Assembly: GCF_001949145.1 (NCBI RefSeq)
Contig: NW_019091356.1
Span: 2,116,932-2,180,931 of the forward strand
Source: Acanthaster planci
Lineage: Eukaryota
Direction of reading: 5' to 3'
Length of the DNA: 64,000 nt
The notes under the pieces were generated by a model. The model saw only the letters and a program-made list of their open reading frames with translations, did not search any database and was not told where the DNA came from. Shown here piece by piece: positions 23,612-35,056 of this stretch. Made by a program: the position numbers and the translations under genes. Each line of letters begins with the position of its first letter. The stretch's first letter is position 1.

Positions 23612-24108
23612 GGGTGCAGTCCACTAATTCAAGCGAGAATTTCTGGCGAGCTTATTAGCATTAAAAGTGCCCCCCCAACAGTATCTTTTGGAAAAGCAGA
23701 TTGTATGGCCCCCAAAATGGTGAGATTGTGTAAATCTTGCCAGAATCAACTCCCTGGGTCTTTGGGCTTTCATCTGAGAGAAAAATGGCTAAAAAATACT
23801 CTTGAGAAATAGTCCTAAGTGCCCGAGAAAGTTCAAGGTTGTCACTTGAAAAATGGCTGCAAAAAATAAAAATGCAAGCAGACTTCAGAAAAATCACTTT
23901 TTGGGGTTAATTTTGTTTTGAGGGAATAACTCAAAATGTAATCGGACAACCCACTGAAAATTTAAAAGAAAGTAAAAGTTTATGGACCATAGAATAATTT
24001 AACGTGTGTTTCAGATGCCTCAGGGATGTTGGTACGCATGTTATTGGGCCCCGAACAATGCTGATTTTACACTGTTTTCAATGGGGCCTGAATTAGTGGA
24101 CTGCACCC
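23612..24108. mobile_element. MITE with perfect 20-bp TIR, absent from copy 2
   Basis: gggtgcagtccactaattca ... tgaattagtggactgcaccc; empty site cacttgaggtcgaggaag at ~35276-35293. Confidence 0.85.
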
Positions 24109-25039
24109 TGAGGAAGCGCACCACTATAACGTCTCTGGTAGCGCCCCAAGAGTAGCTCACAAGTCGGCGGAGACAATAATTACGTTGCATGACTTGAAGT
24201 GCGGAAGCTGGGCTTTTCATTTCTCATGGTTGGTCTCGTTTGAAATGTTCAGAAGGATGAATTGGCTTAATGTTGCCATTCCATACTGCAAATTGATAAA
24301 AGTTTCATGTGCGTGTACACCCCTGCTTGTCTCACCTGGGGCCTACCTCGTGTGGACATTACTTTGTTCTTTGTGGGCTAACAAAATGCACCTTTAACTC
24401 TCACCACGATAACCCCTTCGAGCTGGATTTTCAAGTTTGAGGATTATTTCCTGGACTGTTCCCCTTCATTTTGCAGTGCGCAACTCTGACTCCGAAATAC
24501 CTCTGAAGGTGTTTGTCAGAGAGGAGAAAACACCGTGTGGACACCAAGTGCGAGACCATCACGTCCTCTAAAACTCTTCATTAAGTGGACTTCAACGTTT
24601 GTTCCGAGGTCCATACTTTCCACGTTTGTGTGCATCTTTACATGAACTGATACCCTGAAAAAGCAGAAAACCAACCCAACAATATATTGTTGAACGAGTC
24701 TCGTCAGTGAAGCTGTTCAAATGATTGAGTTAAACTTCAATTAGTTGTAAACAAATTCAAACATGCCTTAAGCGTGGAACCTCGTAGTAAAGTTTAAAGT
24801 GGTTTGAGAGTAGACATAAGGTCCTACTCGGTCTAGGACGTACCTCGTGGTATGTCAAACATAAGGTATTGGCGCAGAGTAAAAGAGATTTATACCGTCT
24901 CTAGTGGTGGTATGCCATTGTGAGAAAAACGACTGTATATGGATGAGACAATTCAGACTGTCGATCTCGGCAAGAAATGGAACAAGATGTTGTAAGGAAA
25001 GGAAGAACCAGAATAAGCCCGGTTAGACGGATTAAAGTG

Positions 25040-25810
25040 AATCAACTCCTCGCAGATAGGAGGATATTCTTAGAAGGAAGGAACGGGAGGCTGTTCATCA
25101 CGACTAAGGAGGGTATTTTTAGAAGGAAAAATGGGGAGGCTAGGAGGATATTGTTTTAGAAGGAAAAACCACGAGACTTATCGTCAAGGCTATGACAATA
25201 CCAGAAGAATAAACATCGCGTCTAAGGGATATTTTTAGATGGAAAACACGGGAGACTTATCATCAAGGTAATGTTTTTTAGAAGGACAACAAGGATACTA
25301 AACATCCCAGTTAGGCTACTAGGATATTTTTAGAAGGAGAAAACGGCAGACCAATCATCAAGGTCAGAGGGATGTTTTTAGAGGGATAAAAATGGGAGAC
25401 TGACCATCGAAGATAGGAGGATATTTTAGAAGGAAAACAAGGATACATGGTGTTTCAGGTTTAATGGCTTCTGGTACCGCCCCCTCCCCGAACAGGGACA
25501 TTGATGGAAAGAGTCACCGAAGATAGCTGGATAGCTCAGTTGGTAGAGCACTGGCACGGTGTTCCAAAGGTCGCAGGTTCAAATCCCGCTACAGTCAATT
25601 TCTTTGTCCAATTTATGATCAGGGATAATTTTTGAAGGAAAACAATGAGACTAATTGTCAGGGTTAAGAGAATATTTTTAGAAAGAAAAAAACGGGAAAT
25701 TAATCATCAATGTTAGGGGGTATTTTTAGGATAACAATGAGAGACTGATCATCAAGGTTAGAGGGGAAACGAGAGACCAATCATCAAGGTTAAGAGGGTA
25801 TTTTAAAAAG
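25040..25810 (+). repeat. Degenerate minisatellite, ~45-50 bp unit (aggatatttttagaaggaaaa..gggagact.atcatcaaggtt)
   Basis: A dozen or more recurrences of tattttt(t)agaaggaaaa / atcatcaagg. Confidence 0.8.
25524..25597 (+). mobile_element. tRNA-derived SINE head or tRNA pseudogene
   Basis: A-box tagctcagttggtagagc and B-box ggttcaaatcc with T-stem gcag/gg; anticodon arm and acceptor stem pair poorly. Confidence 0.65.
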
Positions 25811-26149
25811 AAGCTAAATGCAATGAACCGTAACAAGCTATACTCAGTTGCCATGCATGTTTCTGGTTAATACTACAAAGCATGCAAAAACCTAAAGAAT
25901 TATTTGAATCGTACGAAACTTTTCGTGTCAATTCCTAAATTGGAATAAACTAAAAGCTGTTTTAAATTAATGCATTGACTCACCTGCAGTATTTTACCCC
26001 AGGATATGAGGGAAAATAGACGAAAAAAAGTACCGCTGTTTGTGCGCATTTCCCCTCAAATCAGTTGATGCATTACAGTGCTGGCAATCCGCATCGTTGA
26101 ATCAGGAGCTATTTTGCAGCTGTTACTCTTTTCATATTAGGTCTATATC

Positions 26150-27205
26150 CTTTACTAACGTCATTTAAAAGTCTTTGATGCCCTTTAAAATAATTAAGAG
26201 ACAACTCTGATTTTTGGTTTACTTCCTTTTTTAATGTCATTTAAAAGTCACTGGTGACTTTAGAAATAATTAAATGACAACTCTGATTTTTGGTTTACTT
26301 CCTTTATTGATANNNNNNNNNNNNNNNNNNNNNNNNNNNNNNNNNNNNNNNNNNNNNNNNNNNNNNNNNNNNNNNNNNNNNNNNNNNNNNNNNNNNNNNN
26401 NNNNNNNNNNNNNNNNNNNNNNNNNNNNNNNNNNNNNNNNNNNNNNNNNNNNNNNNNNNNNNNNNNNNNNNNNNNNNNNNNNNNNNNNNNNNNNNNNNNN
26501 NNNNNNNNNNNNNNNNNNNNNNNNNNNNNNNNNNNNNNNNNNNNNNNNNNNNNNNNNNNNNNNNNNNNNNNNNNNNNNNNNNNNNNNNNNNNNNNNNNNN
26601 NNNNNNNNNNNNNNNNNNNNNNNNNNNNNNNNNNNNNNNNNNNNNNNNNNNNNNNNNNNNNNNNNNNNNNNNNNNNNNNNNNNNNNNNNNNNNNNNNNNN
26701 NNNNNNNNNNNNNNNNNNNNNNNNNNNNNNNNNNNNNNNNNNNNNNNNNNNNNNNNNNNNNNNNNNNNNNNNNNNNNNNNNNNNNNNNNNNNNNNNNNNN
26801 NNNNNNNNNNNNNNNNNNNNNNNNNNNNNNNNNNNNNNNNNNNNNNNNNNNNNNNNNNNNNNNNNNNNNNNNNNNNNNNNNNNNNNNNNNNNNNNNNNNN
26901 NNNNNNNNNNNNNNNNNNNNNNNNNNNNNNNNNNNNNNNNNNNNNNNNNNNNNNNNNNNNNNNNNNNNNNNNNNNNNNNNNNNNNNNNNNNNTAAAGTAA
27001 TTAAGAGACAACTCTGATATTTGATTTACTTCCTTTTTTAATGTCATTTAAAAGTCACTGATGCCCTTTAAAATAATTAAGAGACAACTCTAATTTTTGG
27101 TTTACTTCCTTTTTTAATGTCATTTAAAAGTCACTGATGCCCTTCAAATTAATTAAGAGACAACTCCAATATTTGGTTTACTTCTTTTATTTACTAACGT
27201 CATTC
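26150..27205 (+). repeat. AT-rich tandem satellite, ~75 bp unit, spanning an assembly gap
   Basis: Unit aatgtcatttaaaagtcactgatgccctttaaaataattaagagacaactctgatttttggtttacttccttttt occurs on both sides of the N run 26313-26992. Confidence 0.9.
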
Positions 27206-27658
27206 AGGGATACAAAACACTGCAGAACGACTCGTAGCCGAGACTAGACATCGTGCTCACCTACTCTTCATCATCTCCTCTGGCTCCCTATAAAATTCAC
27301 TACCAACAAGTTGGTGAGTTGAGCTTTTTGTGGTTGACCATCTACTGTTTTGTTTTTGAATACAGCGGGAAGATAAGAAATGGCCATTTCAGAGGACCTA
27401 GTCAGAATTAGAAGCATATTGGGAAGAGATGTGGAGCTAGTGAGTGTGAAGTAGTGTTAGTGTTGACAGGTAGTTTGTTTATATAGGTAGTCCAGCCAAA
27501 AGAGTTGTTGTGGAATTTGCAGAGAAATTCCGTGAGTTAGAAAGTTAGCAATCTTTCACTTTAGTCCGGATGGTCCTTCGCTTTAATTTAAATGGTCCTG
27601 CAGAGGGAAAAAAGATCAAACAGTACATTTGTTTTTGTGTTTTGTTATTTCTGTGCAG

Positions 27659-27820
27659 CCTCAAGATGTCAAAGACAGACATGAGGACGTCTTGGAGATC
27701 TTGCAGGTCATCAACAGCCCTCAATCCCCATTTGTAGATGCCGGCCAGAACAACGACAGCGATGCCACCTCAAGCAGAAGTCCCTCGTCAACCCTCAACC
27801 TGAACCTCACCGCATGGTAG
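27659..27820 (+). pseudogene. Orphan duplicate of the DHX30 terminal exon
   Basis: [53 protein letters not shown]: same as 17702-17866 except one codon deleted and S to P; acceptor tgtgcag intact; no upstream helicase exons. Confidence 0.85.
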
Positions 27821-28702
27821 CAACGACCTCGCCTGACGTCAGGGACCCAGTTTCCAGAATGTCAGGATTATACCCGGTCACTGTAGTACTTGACAGCTTC
27901 TTCACTGCGAGTTCATCTCCTGCCCTCTGGTAATGGAGGCGCACACACATTGACCCCTCAGGATATTAGAATGATGTTAAGGATTTCAGTGTGCATTTGT
28001 GCATAGGACAGAGACAGAGATTTGCATAAAAATAATCAGAAAAAAAATCAGGACGTCGTAGCTGCAGAGACTTTATTCTACATCATATTGACATATCACC
28101 CAAAGGAGGCATTTGTCTTTGATTTTTAAAAATTTCAATCATCTTCTTCATTTCAGGAAAAAAAATACATAATCACAAGAAACCATTGAATAATGATTTT
28201 AGGCTGCTGTTCTGTATCTGTTATGGATAACACGGACAGTTTCGTGATACATTTTCATTCATAGAAACAAAACAATCAACTGGCACAGAGCCAAAGTGTT
28301 GTTTCTCGAAAGCGGACACAAACTCACAATCACGCAGTTAGACTGATCCTTTTGAAACAGGCAACAAAAATATGCTGTGCATGAAATCAAACCCCTAACA
28401 ACATTAAACATTAGACTTTTATAACAAGGTTATCTAGACAATTATGCAAACACAATTATGTGAACTGCTTAATAGTACTGTTTAGGAAAAAGAGCTCTTA
28501 AAAAGCCAGCCTCCTTTTTGATATTTGAAACATCAATCACTTTGTCTCTGCGGTTTATAATCAAATTAATAATTTACTTGCTTTTTCTTCTAAATTTTTT
28601 TGGGTAATGAACTGCAAATACACGTCTTTCTATGTATTTTAGGTTTAGCGCTCGCCATAAATTCTACTCAAAATATTATGAAATGGCTGATGTACTCAAA
28701 TA

Positions 28703-28860
28703 CGGCCGTTTCACAATAGTGCGCCACCAAGAGCTTGCAACGCATTGACCAATCACAATGCGTGACATTTATCGACCCAATGCACGTTTAGAAAGGGTCG
28801 ACAAATGTGATTGGCCAACGCTTTGCAAACTCTTGGTGGCGCCCTATTGTGAAACAGCAG
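28703..28860. mobile_element. Palindromic MITE flanked by TA (Tc1/mariner-type), copy-2 specific
   Basis: ta-cggccgtttcacaatagtgcgccaccaagagcttgcaa ... ttgcaaactcttggtggcgccctattgtgaaacagcag-ta; absent at 18750-18770. Confidence 0.85.
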
Positions 28861-29451
28861 TATTTACACTAGAAAGTCTTGCCATAGTGTCTGTAAATAC
28901 TGGTGTACAACGCGATGGAAGAAAGAAGCTCTTGTGTGAAAAGATGGGCAGTTTTTCATACATGAAAGATTACTGTATTTATTTCACTTAAGTAAGCTCA
29001 TTGGTATGGTTAGGAATTTCTATTAATTCTTATCAAAGAAATTGCAACGAAAGCACTGTGGAAGTCTACTGGCAAACTATTAAACATCTGAGATGATTTG
29101 GGATTGTTATATTGTGCAATTGGAAGTATTCTGAGAGTTTTTCATATCTGTTAATTCAAGTGATTCTGATGTTTGTTATGGTAGACTCAAAGCTGGACAT
29201 TTGATGAAAGCCTTGAGTCTGTTTTATGATCAGTGTGAGGGATCTTTGTAAGAATTTTGGAAGTCTGGGTAAATGCTGTTTGGGTCTAGAATTCATGAAA
29301 AACTCTGAATCCTTTGAGCAGAAAAGGGTGAAAATTCCACATAAATCTGAGTACTAGCAATAGCCTGCTGTTCGAGACATGCTTGAAATGATATGTGTAA
29401 TGTACACGTGGAGTTACCAGACCACATTGCTAACTTTGCATCCCGACCCCT

Positions 29452-32400
29452 CTACTTTGGGGGGATTAGGACGGCGGATATCTCATGCACCACGCCATTG
29501 GACACCGTGTTGTCAGCCTGCAGGACCTTACTGTTCTGCAAGTAGATTCCCCCTTGTCCACGCTCCACCAGCAGGGGCTTGTTGTAGAGCGGGTGCAAGA
29601 TTTGGTTGTCCCACAGACCCGCGGCGTAGTAGGCACCTGGAACCACGTGGTACTCGAGGACCTGCTGGAGGAAGGTGACGTTGGCCAACTTCTGGACAAC
29701 GCTCTTGGGGAGGTTCTTGAAGGCCTGGTTGTTAGGGGCAAAAAGGGTCAGCGGCCGGGAAGGGTCCGTCTCCAAGGCCTTGGTGAGATTGGCTGTCTGG
29801 GAATTGGAAAGAACAGTTTCAAAATCAGCAGTTGTTCTTCTGTCATGTGATTTGGGTAGCCACTTTTTTCACCGATGACACAAGAATTCACCTGTACTTT
29901 TACAGAGTCCACCTTTTGTTAATGAATGTTCTCTCCCTTTATCTCTTACCCCACAGAAAAGTTTACTAGTAGGACAACATGCATGCCAAAGGATGATAGC
30001 GAGTCCAATTAATTTTGGTCCATGCCTATTCCACCTAATAACTAATACTTGTGACTGAGCAAATTGTTGTATCTAAGTGAAAAATGATGGCTAATAAAAA
30101 CTTCCAAACCTGTAGGAAGCCGAACAGACTGCTGAATCGCCCATCGTCATTGACAAACTCCGTCATGTCGGCTCCAGTAGGCAGGGGAAACATCACCTTG
30201 TCGATGATGTGAACAATGCCATTGCTGGCCGGCAAGTCAGCTTGGACGATTGGCGCTCCGCCAGCTGTCACCACCTAAACAGAAACAGGGTAGGGGTGGA
30301 ACGGTACAGGAGACAAAAAAAGAACAGAAAACTTAACTTTTTGTACCGTCTGAAAGGCAGAGAAGGAAGCAACGGTAACATCTTATGCACTCTTTATCAT
30401 GAGCTGTATCAAGTTTGCCGAGAAGGAAACGAAGTCATCATCATGATTGCCACTTGTGTTTGCAAACTTAAGGCACCTTTCTATATGCGTGTCGACCTGC
30501 CAAGCATTGCGCATCTGTCAAAATCACTCTCGGTGATTTTGACCGCTGAATGCAACGCACACGTGTTATGTTAATTAATGGAGTTGATTTTTGTGTCTGT
30601 GAAACTGAAACACATGAACACAACATGTACGCATGGCCCCCCAAAAGTACATATTGAAAGGCCCCTTTAAGTGTCAAATGATAATCCCAACTGGGACAAA
30701 AGTTCTGGTTCTGTCAATCTTTTTTGGCATAAATGACTGAAGAGTCCTTTCCACACACATGTACAGCAACAGTGCTGCCAGCTAATTGCCAAACTTGGTG
30801 CAAGATGCAGGGAATAAACACATTCTGAAAGCACATGTAGCCTATGAAAGCCCTGGGGTGCCGACGCGTATATATTTTCAAAAATGAAAAACATGAGTAT
30901 TTTTTTCCTAACTTTGTACGAGAAATATATTCCCCAGTTCGTGCTTATGAGATCTATTTTTAGAAAAGCTGTTTCTATTTTTTTGAAACATCTTTTTTAC
31001 AAGATATTTACTTTTTAAGTTTGTTTTTATGAGATAGATTTTTTTTTTCTAATGAATTTTTAAGAGACATATTTTTAAGTTTGATTTTACATCTCATGAA
31101 AACTAGCTTGGAAAAAATAAATACCGAAAATGATTGGTTTCCAAAAACAGAAACGGTTTCTCTAGATACAGAAAAACAAAGTTGGAAAAGTAAATACAAG
31201 TATCATACAAAAGGACTTTGAAAAAAATATACCTCACTTTTTAAAATGTGTATTTGATGGCACGACTGGGCTTCTGTAGTGGTCGATCCGACAGAGAGAA
31301 TTTATACTGTCAAATGCCCCTTAAACTAGTCAGTCCTGCCCACTTTCCATGGTGTGGAAACTTTTGGGGACTAAACAAAAGGGCATTTTCGTACCCGTGA
31401 GCGTTAACAACCAAGCAGCTACCAAATCAAAATGGGCGTTCCTTGACCATAGCTCCATGTAATAGACTAGCCTGATCAAGGACATGGAGCCGAAGCTGGT
31501 TTATTAGCTGTACGAACGGCGCCACATGCAAGATCCACATGACCGGGTCAAGCCCTTGTATGAAAAAGTGTGAACCACAGGTGATATGAGATAACTTGTA
31601 GCCACAATACTCCATTCAACAACCAGTCCGCTCCTATGTCATTACGTGTGTGCACGACAGCATAATGTAGGATTTTTGATGCAGGTTCTAAGGAGATCGT
31701 CCTGTACCGTTTTTGTACGACGCAACCCCTACATGATCCCAACTCATCCCTTAAAAGGTTCTACTTCAGTTTTTCATTTTGTTCATATGTACAAGGAATG
31801 GGCAGGAAAAGTGTTTTTGTAGTCGAGGTAGTGATACAATACTGTCTTTTAAAAATGGAATCGGTAATGACGGTGACTGAGAAATCATATCGACAATCGT
31901 TTTTATATCAGCAATTTCCCCCTTCTTCTTAACCCGAGTTCCCCCAAACTTCACTGATTTCCGCCAGCTGAGAAAACTATATTGCTGCAATACGTACGTA
32001 AGGTGTTAAAATCTGTGGCTGAAACTGTCGTAACTTCAACAGACATTTGGGGGTATCGAAACGCCACACAAAGTGGCCTCGCCAACAAAAACACCGCGCG
32101 GCGCGTACGCGTGGCGTGGAGCCGTTAAGAGCAACTTCGCTGGTGTCATTGCTTTACGCCATAGGTCCAGCTTTACATAAAAAAGCCGCCTGGAACCAGC
32201 GTTTTTCCTGGGAACGAGCAGAAAGCATGTGCCCAGACTACAGTAGACTCCATCCCAGCCGTTTATGACCACAAATGCTTAGATTGTACAACATGTAATT
32301 GTAAATATGAAAAGGCTGCGTAGCACCGTGATTGGCCTATGTACAAATCCCAATTCCGAGTTCCGCGGCGCGGCATGTACAGTATGTTGGGCCCCTGTAA

Positions 32401-35056
32401 CTTAAAATAAAATGGTGACTGTTTTTTCGAGGAAAATTCGAATTATCTGCAGACATTATTATCAGGCTACGCAAGAAACAGAACACTTTTTCAGGCTCGG
32501 TATTTGTTCAACGATATTGTTCCAATTTACGGTATCATGGAGTTTCTTATTATGCACAATTCCTGGGCGACTTTGTCGTCGTATCGGCGATATAACTAGG
32601 AAAAAAAATCAACTACGAAAAAAATCAGCATCGCCAACACTAAATCTTATGTCATCCATTCAACGGAACGGATGTATGGAAGGTAGGCCTATAAATGCGT
32701 TACGTCGATTTATCATGACTATACTTCACAAAGCCTCGTTGTCTTCCACAGTACCCCCCTCGCATGACTTCCCAAATCGCTTGTGTGATCCAGTCTCTTC
32801 CCTAAAGTGCGCAACTGTAGGATTATCTGCGCTTAATAGCACAGTTCCTATTCCATCCTTCAGATTTATCAAATGACTGTTATAAACGTCAGTGATGTCC
32901 TTTATCAGGTTTGGAAGTCGTCTTCACCTTCTTTTATAATACAAGGCAGCAAAGCACAAAGTGAGGCCATCCTTTGATGGCTCTTAAATCCTTCACAAGG
33001 TAAACTAAAAAAAAAGAAAAAAAAAGAAAGAACATCCGGGATCGCATGCTGTGTGTGGCCACTTCTATATTCTCCCTTACATAGAAAGCAGCTTTCAAGC
33101 GTAAATCTTCTCTGATGTATTAGAAGCTTTGTGCCAACACCAACAATAGAAAGATAGTGTGTCGGTGTGTTATTCTTTGAGGGTACTTCCTCACCTTCCC
33201 TGTACCCAATCTCTCGCGTTCAGCCTCGGAGAGAATCGTGTAGATGTTGGTCCGCAGATACTGAAGTGGCAGGGAAGCCCCAGACGTCGGTGACGGGTAC
33301 AAGCTGGTCNNNNNNNNNNNNNNNNNNNNNNNNNNNNNNNNNNNNNNNNNNNNNNNNNNNNNNNNNNNNNNNNNNNNNNNNNNNNNNNNNNNNNNNNNNN
33401 NNNNNNNNNNNNNNNNNNNNNNNNNNNNNNNNNNNNNNNNNNNNNNNNNNNNNNNNNNNNNNNNNNNNNNNNNNNNNNNNNNNNNNNNNNNNNNNNNNNN
33501 NNNNNNNNNNNNNNNNNNNNNNNNNNNNNNNNNNNNNNNNNNNNNNNNNNNNNNNNNNNNNNNNNNNNNNNNNNNNNNNNNNNNNNNNNNNNNNNNNNNN
33601 NNNNNNNNNNNNNNNNNNNNNNNNNNNNNNNNNNNNNNNNNNNNNNNNNNNNNNNNNNNNNNNNNNNNNNNNNNNNNNNNCCATGTTTGTTTCAAGTGCG
33701 TCTAGTTCCCGACTCCCTTATACAAGTAGTAATAATGCGGTTGGTATCGATGTGTGCCTGGTACTCGGGTTTAGGCATGTGATCGCCGCTGGATCACAAA
33801 GCAAATAACTTCCGTCAAAGGTTAATTCTGATCCCGGACTAGTACTTAGGCCACAGAAGACACGTACATGTCAAAAAAAAATACAGTATGCATGTACATA
33901 TGTACATTTATGTGGTATGTACCTGTACAAATGTTGACCATGCAGTAGTCACACCGTGGAATTACAAAAGGATCTATCGGTTCCCTTACATTCAATAAAT
34001 CCACAAATAGACCAAAACTGCTTTTGATCAGATCCATTTTTCATGTCATGCTTTGGATGTGCCATATGCACGCGAAAGCATTTCGATATGCCCTACGTCA
34101 TTATTTTGAAGTCCATGTAACAAGTACATGTTATGTATGATGTATTGCGGCCTCCTTGAACAATTTAATTTGAGCTCAAACTGAGCTGAAATGATTCTAA
34201 GGACTTCAGAGAAAAATGAATTGTGTACACCATGCAGCAAGAAAACAGAATCTATCAGTGCTGTTATTCAAACTTTTTATTTGTTAGGCTTAGTTTATTT
34301 TATTTGTTTCAAACATGCAGCTACCTTACAGAACAAATCATCGTGAATTTTATTTTAAAAATCAGCCCATAGGCCTACAATAAAGTATTATGTAACTCAC
34401 AGATTTGTCACGCCATGTTTATCAGAATTTGAAAAGTAAATATTCTTTGGCCAGTCATCTCTATAGTTTAAGTGATCTGCATATGATGATGATCGTGGTT
34501 CCAATGTGCATACTCTTGGACCCACTGTATTCAACAACCATGAGGGTTCAATAAACTTAAATCACAATACAGTTTTAGAACACAGACAATTTTGGCCAAC
34601 CTGTCCAAAGCTGCCATCGGAGAGGTAATCCGCCAAGACGTCGTAAACGTTGAACCGGATCGGCAGAACAGGTTCCGGCAGGTCCTCCGTCTTCCCAGGG
34701 GGTCTGAAGGCGCTAGGGATCCTCAGGTTGTTGTTGATCTCCTGCTTGTAAGCCACCGACAGGGCAATATGATATCGCAGGTACCACTCCAAGGTCTGTG
34801 GGTCTTTCAGGGCGATCTTCACCACCAGCGGTAGGTCCCCGAAGGCACGGTCAGTCGGAGCCAAGGCCATGTACCCGATGCCACTCACCAAGGTCTTATT
34901 CACCCACGGTGTGGCACGGGCGTACTTGACGAACGTCAAGGCACCTGCCTTCTCGCAGACTTGCAAGATGTTACCCTCTTGATTTCTGACATCATGCGCC
35001 AGTGAGTATTCACCGAGTAATGACAGCAGGAAGAGAGCTGCTGAAATCAAATACAT
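29452..35056 (-). CDS. Secreted fasciclin (FAS1 x2) protein, copy 2, isoform using the distal first exon, 321 aa
   Basis: Exons 35056-34601, 30274-30110, 29796-29452, phase 0, GT-AG. Signal peptide MYLISAALFLLSLLGEYSLA; motifs YMALAPTDRAF, YLRYHI, SNGIVHIIDKVM, LTLFAPNNQAF, VLEYHVV, SNGVVHEISAVLIP. Confidence 0.9.
30842..31280. mobile_element. Degenerate AT-rich MITE-like element
   Basis: ctatgaaagccctggggtgcc...tatattttcaaaa versus ttttaaaatgtgtatttgatggcacgactgggcttctgtag (imperfect inverted ends). Confidence 0.45.
33195..33684 (-). CDS. Alternative (proximal) first exon of fasciclin gene 2; middle hidden by N gap
   Basis: aaacATGG at 33684 matches the start of the 20774 exon; 3' part TSLYPSPTSGASLPLQYLRTNIYTILSEAERERLGTGK ends at a phase-0 donor AAG|gtgagg compatible with the exon 2 acceptor at 30274; TATAAG on the minus strand at 33722-33717. 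Confidence 0.7.

Larger units (their letters stand above)
17391..24790. repeat. Segmental duplication copy 1 (DHX30 last intron, exon and 3' region + fasciclin gene 1 + upstream region)
   Basis: Colinear with 27309-35976 apart from copy-specific indels; starts at agttggtgagttgagc and ends near aaattcaaacatgcc...gcgtg.aacctcgt. Confidence 0.93.

Noticed and set aside
25524..25597. Functional tRNA gene
   Set aside because: A and B boxes are present but the anticodon arm and acceptor stem do not pair canonically; kept only as a SINE/pseudogene call.
26274..27047. 247-aa ORFs on both strands
   Set aside because: Almost entirely N-gap flanked by satellite; artefacts.
25040..27205. CRISPR-like repeat array
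   Set aside because: Units are contiguous degenerate tandem repeats without unique spacers, in an intron-containing animal genome with no cas genes.
31980..32290. Possible decayed THAP-domain/transposase fragment on the minus strand
   Set aside because: Only vague residues (LVP..W..CWRGHF) across different frames; cannot be supported without an HMM search.
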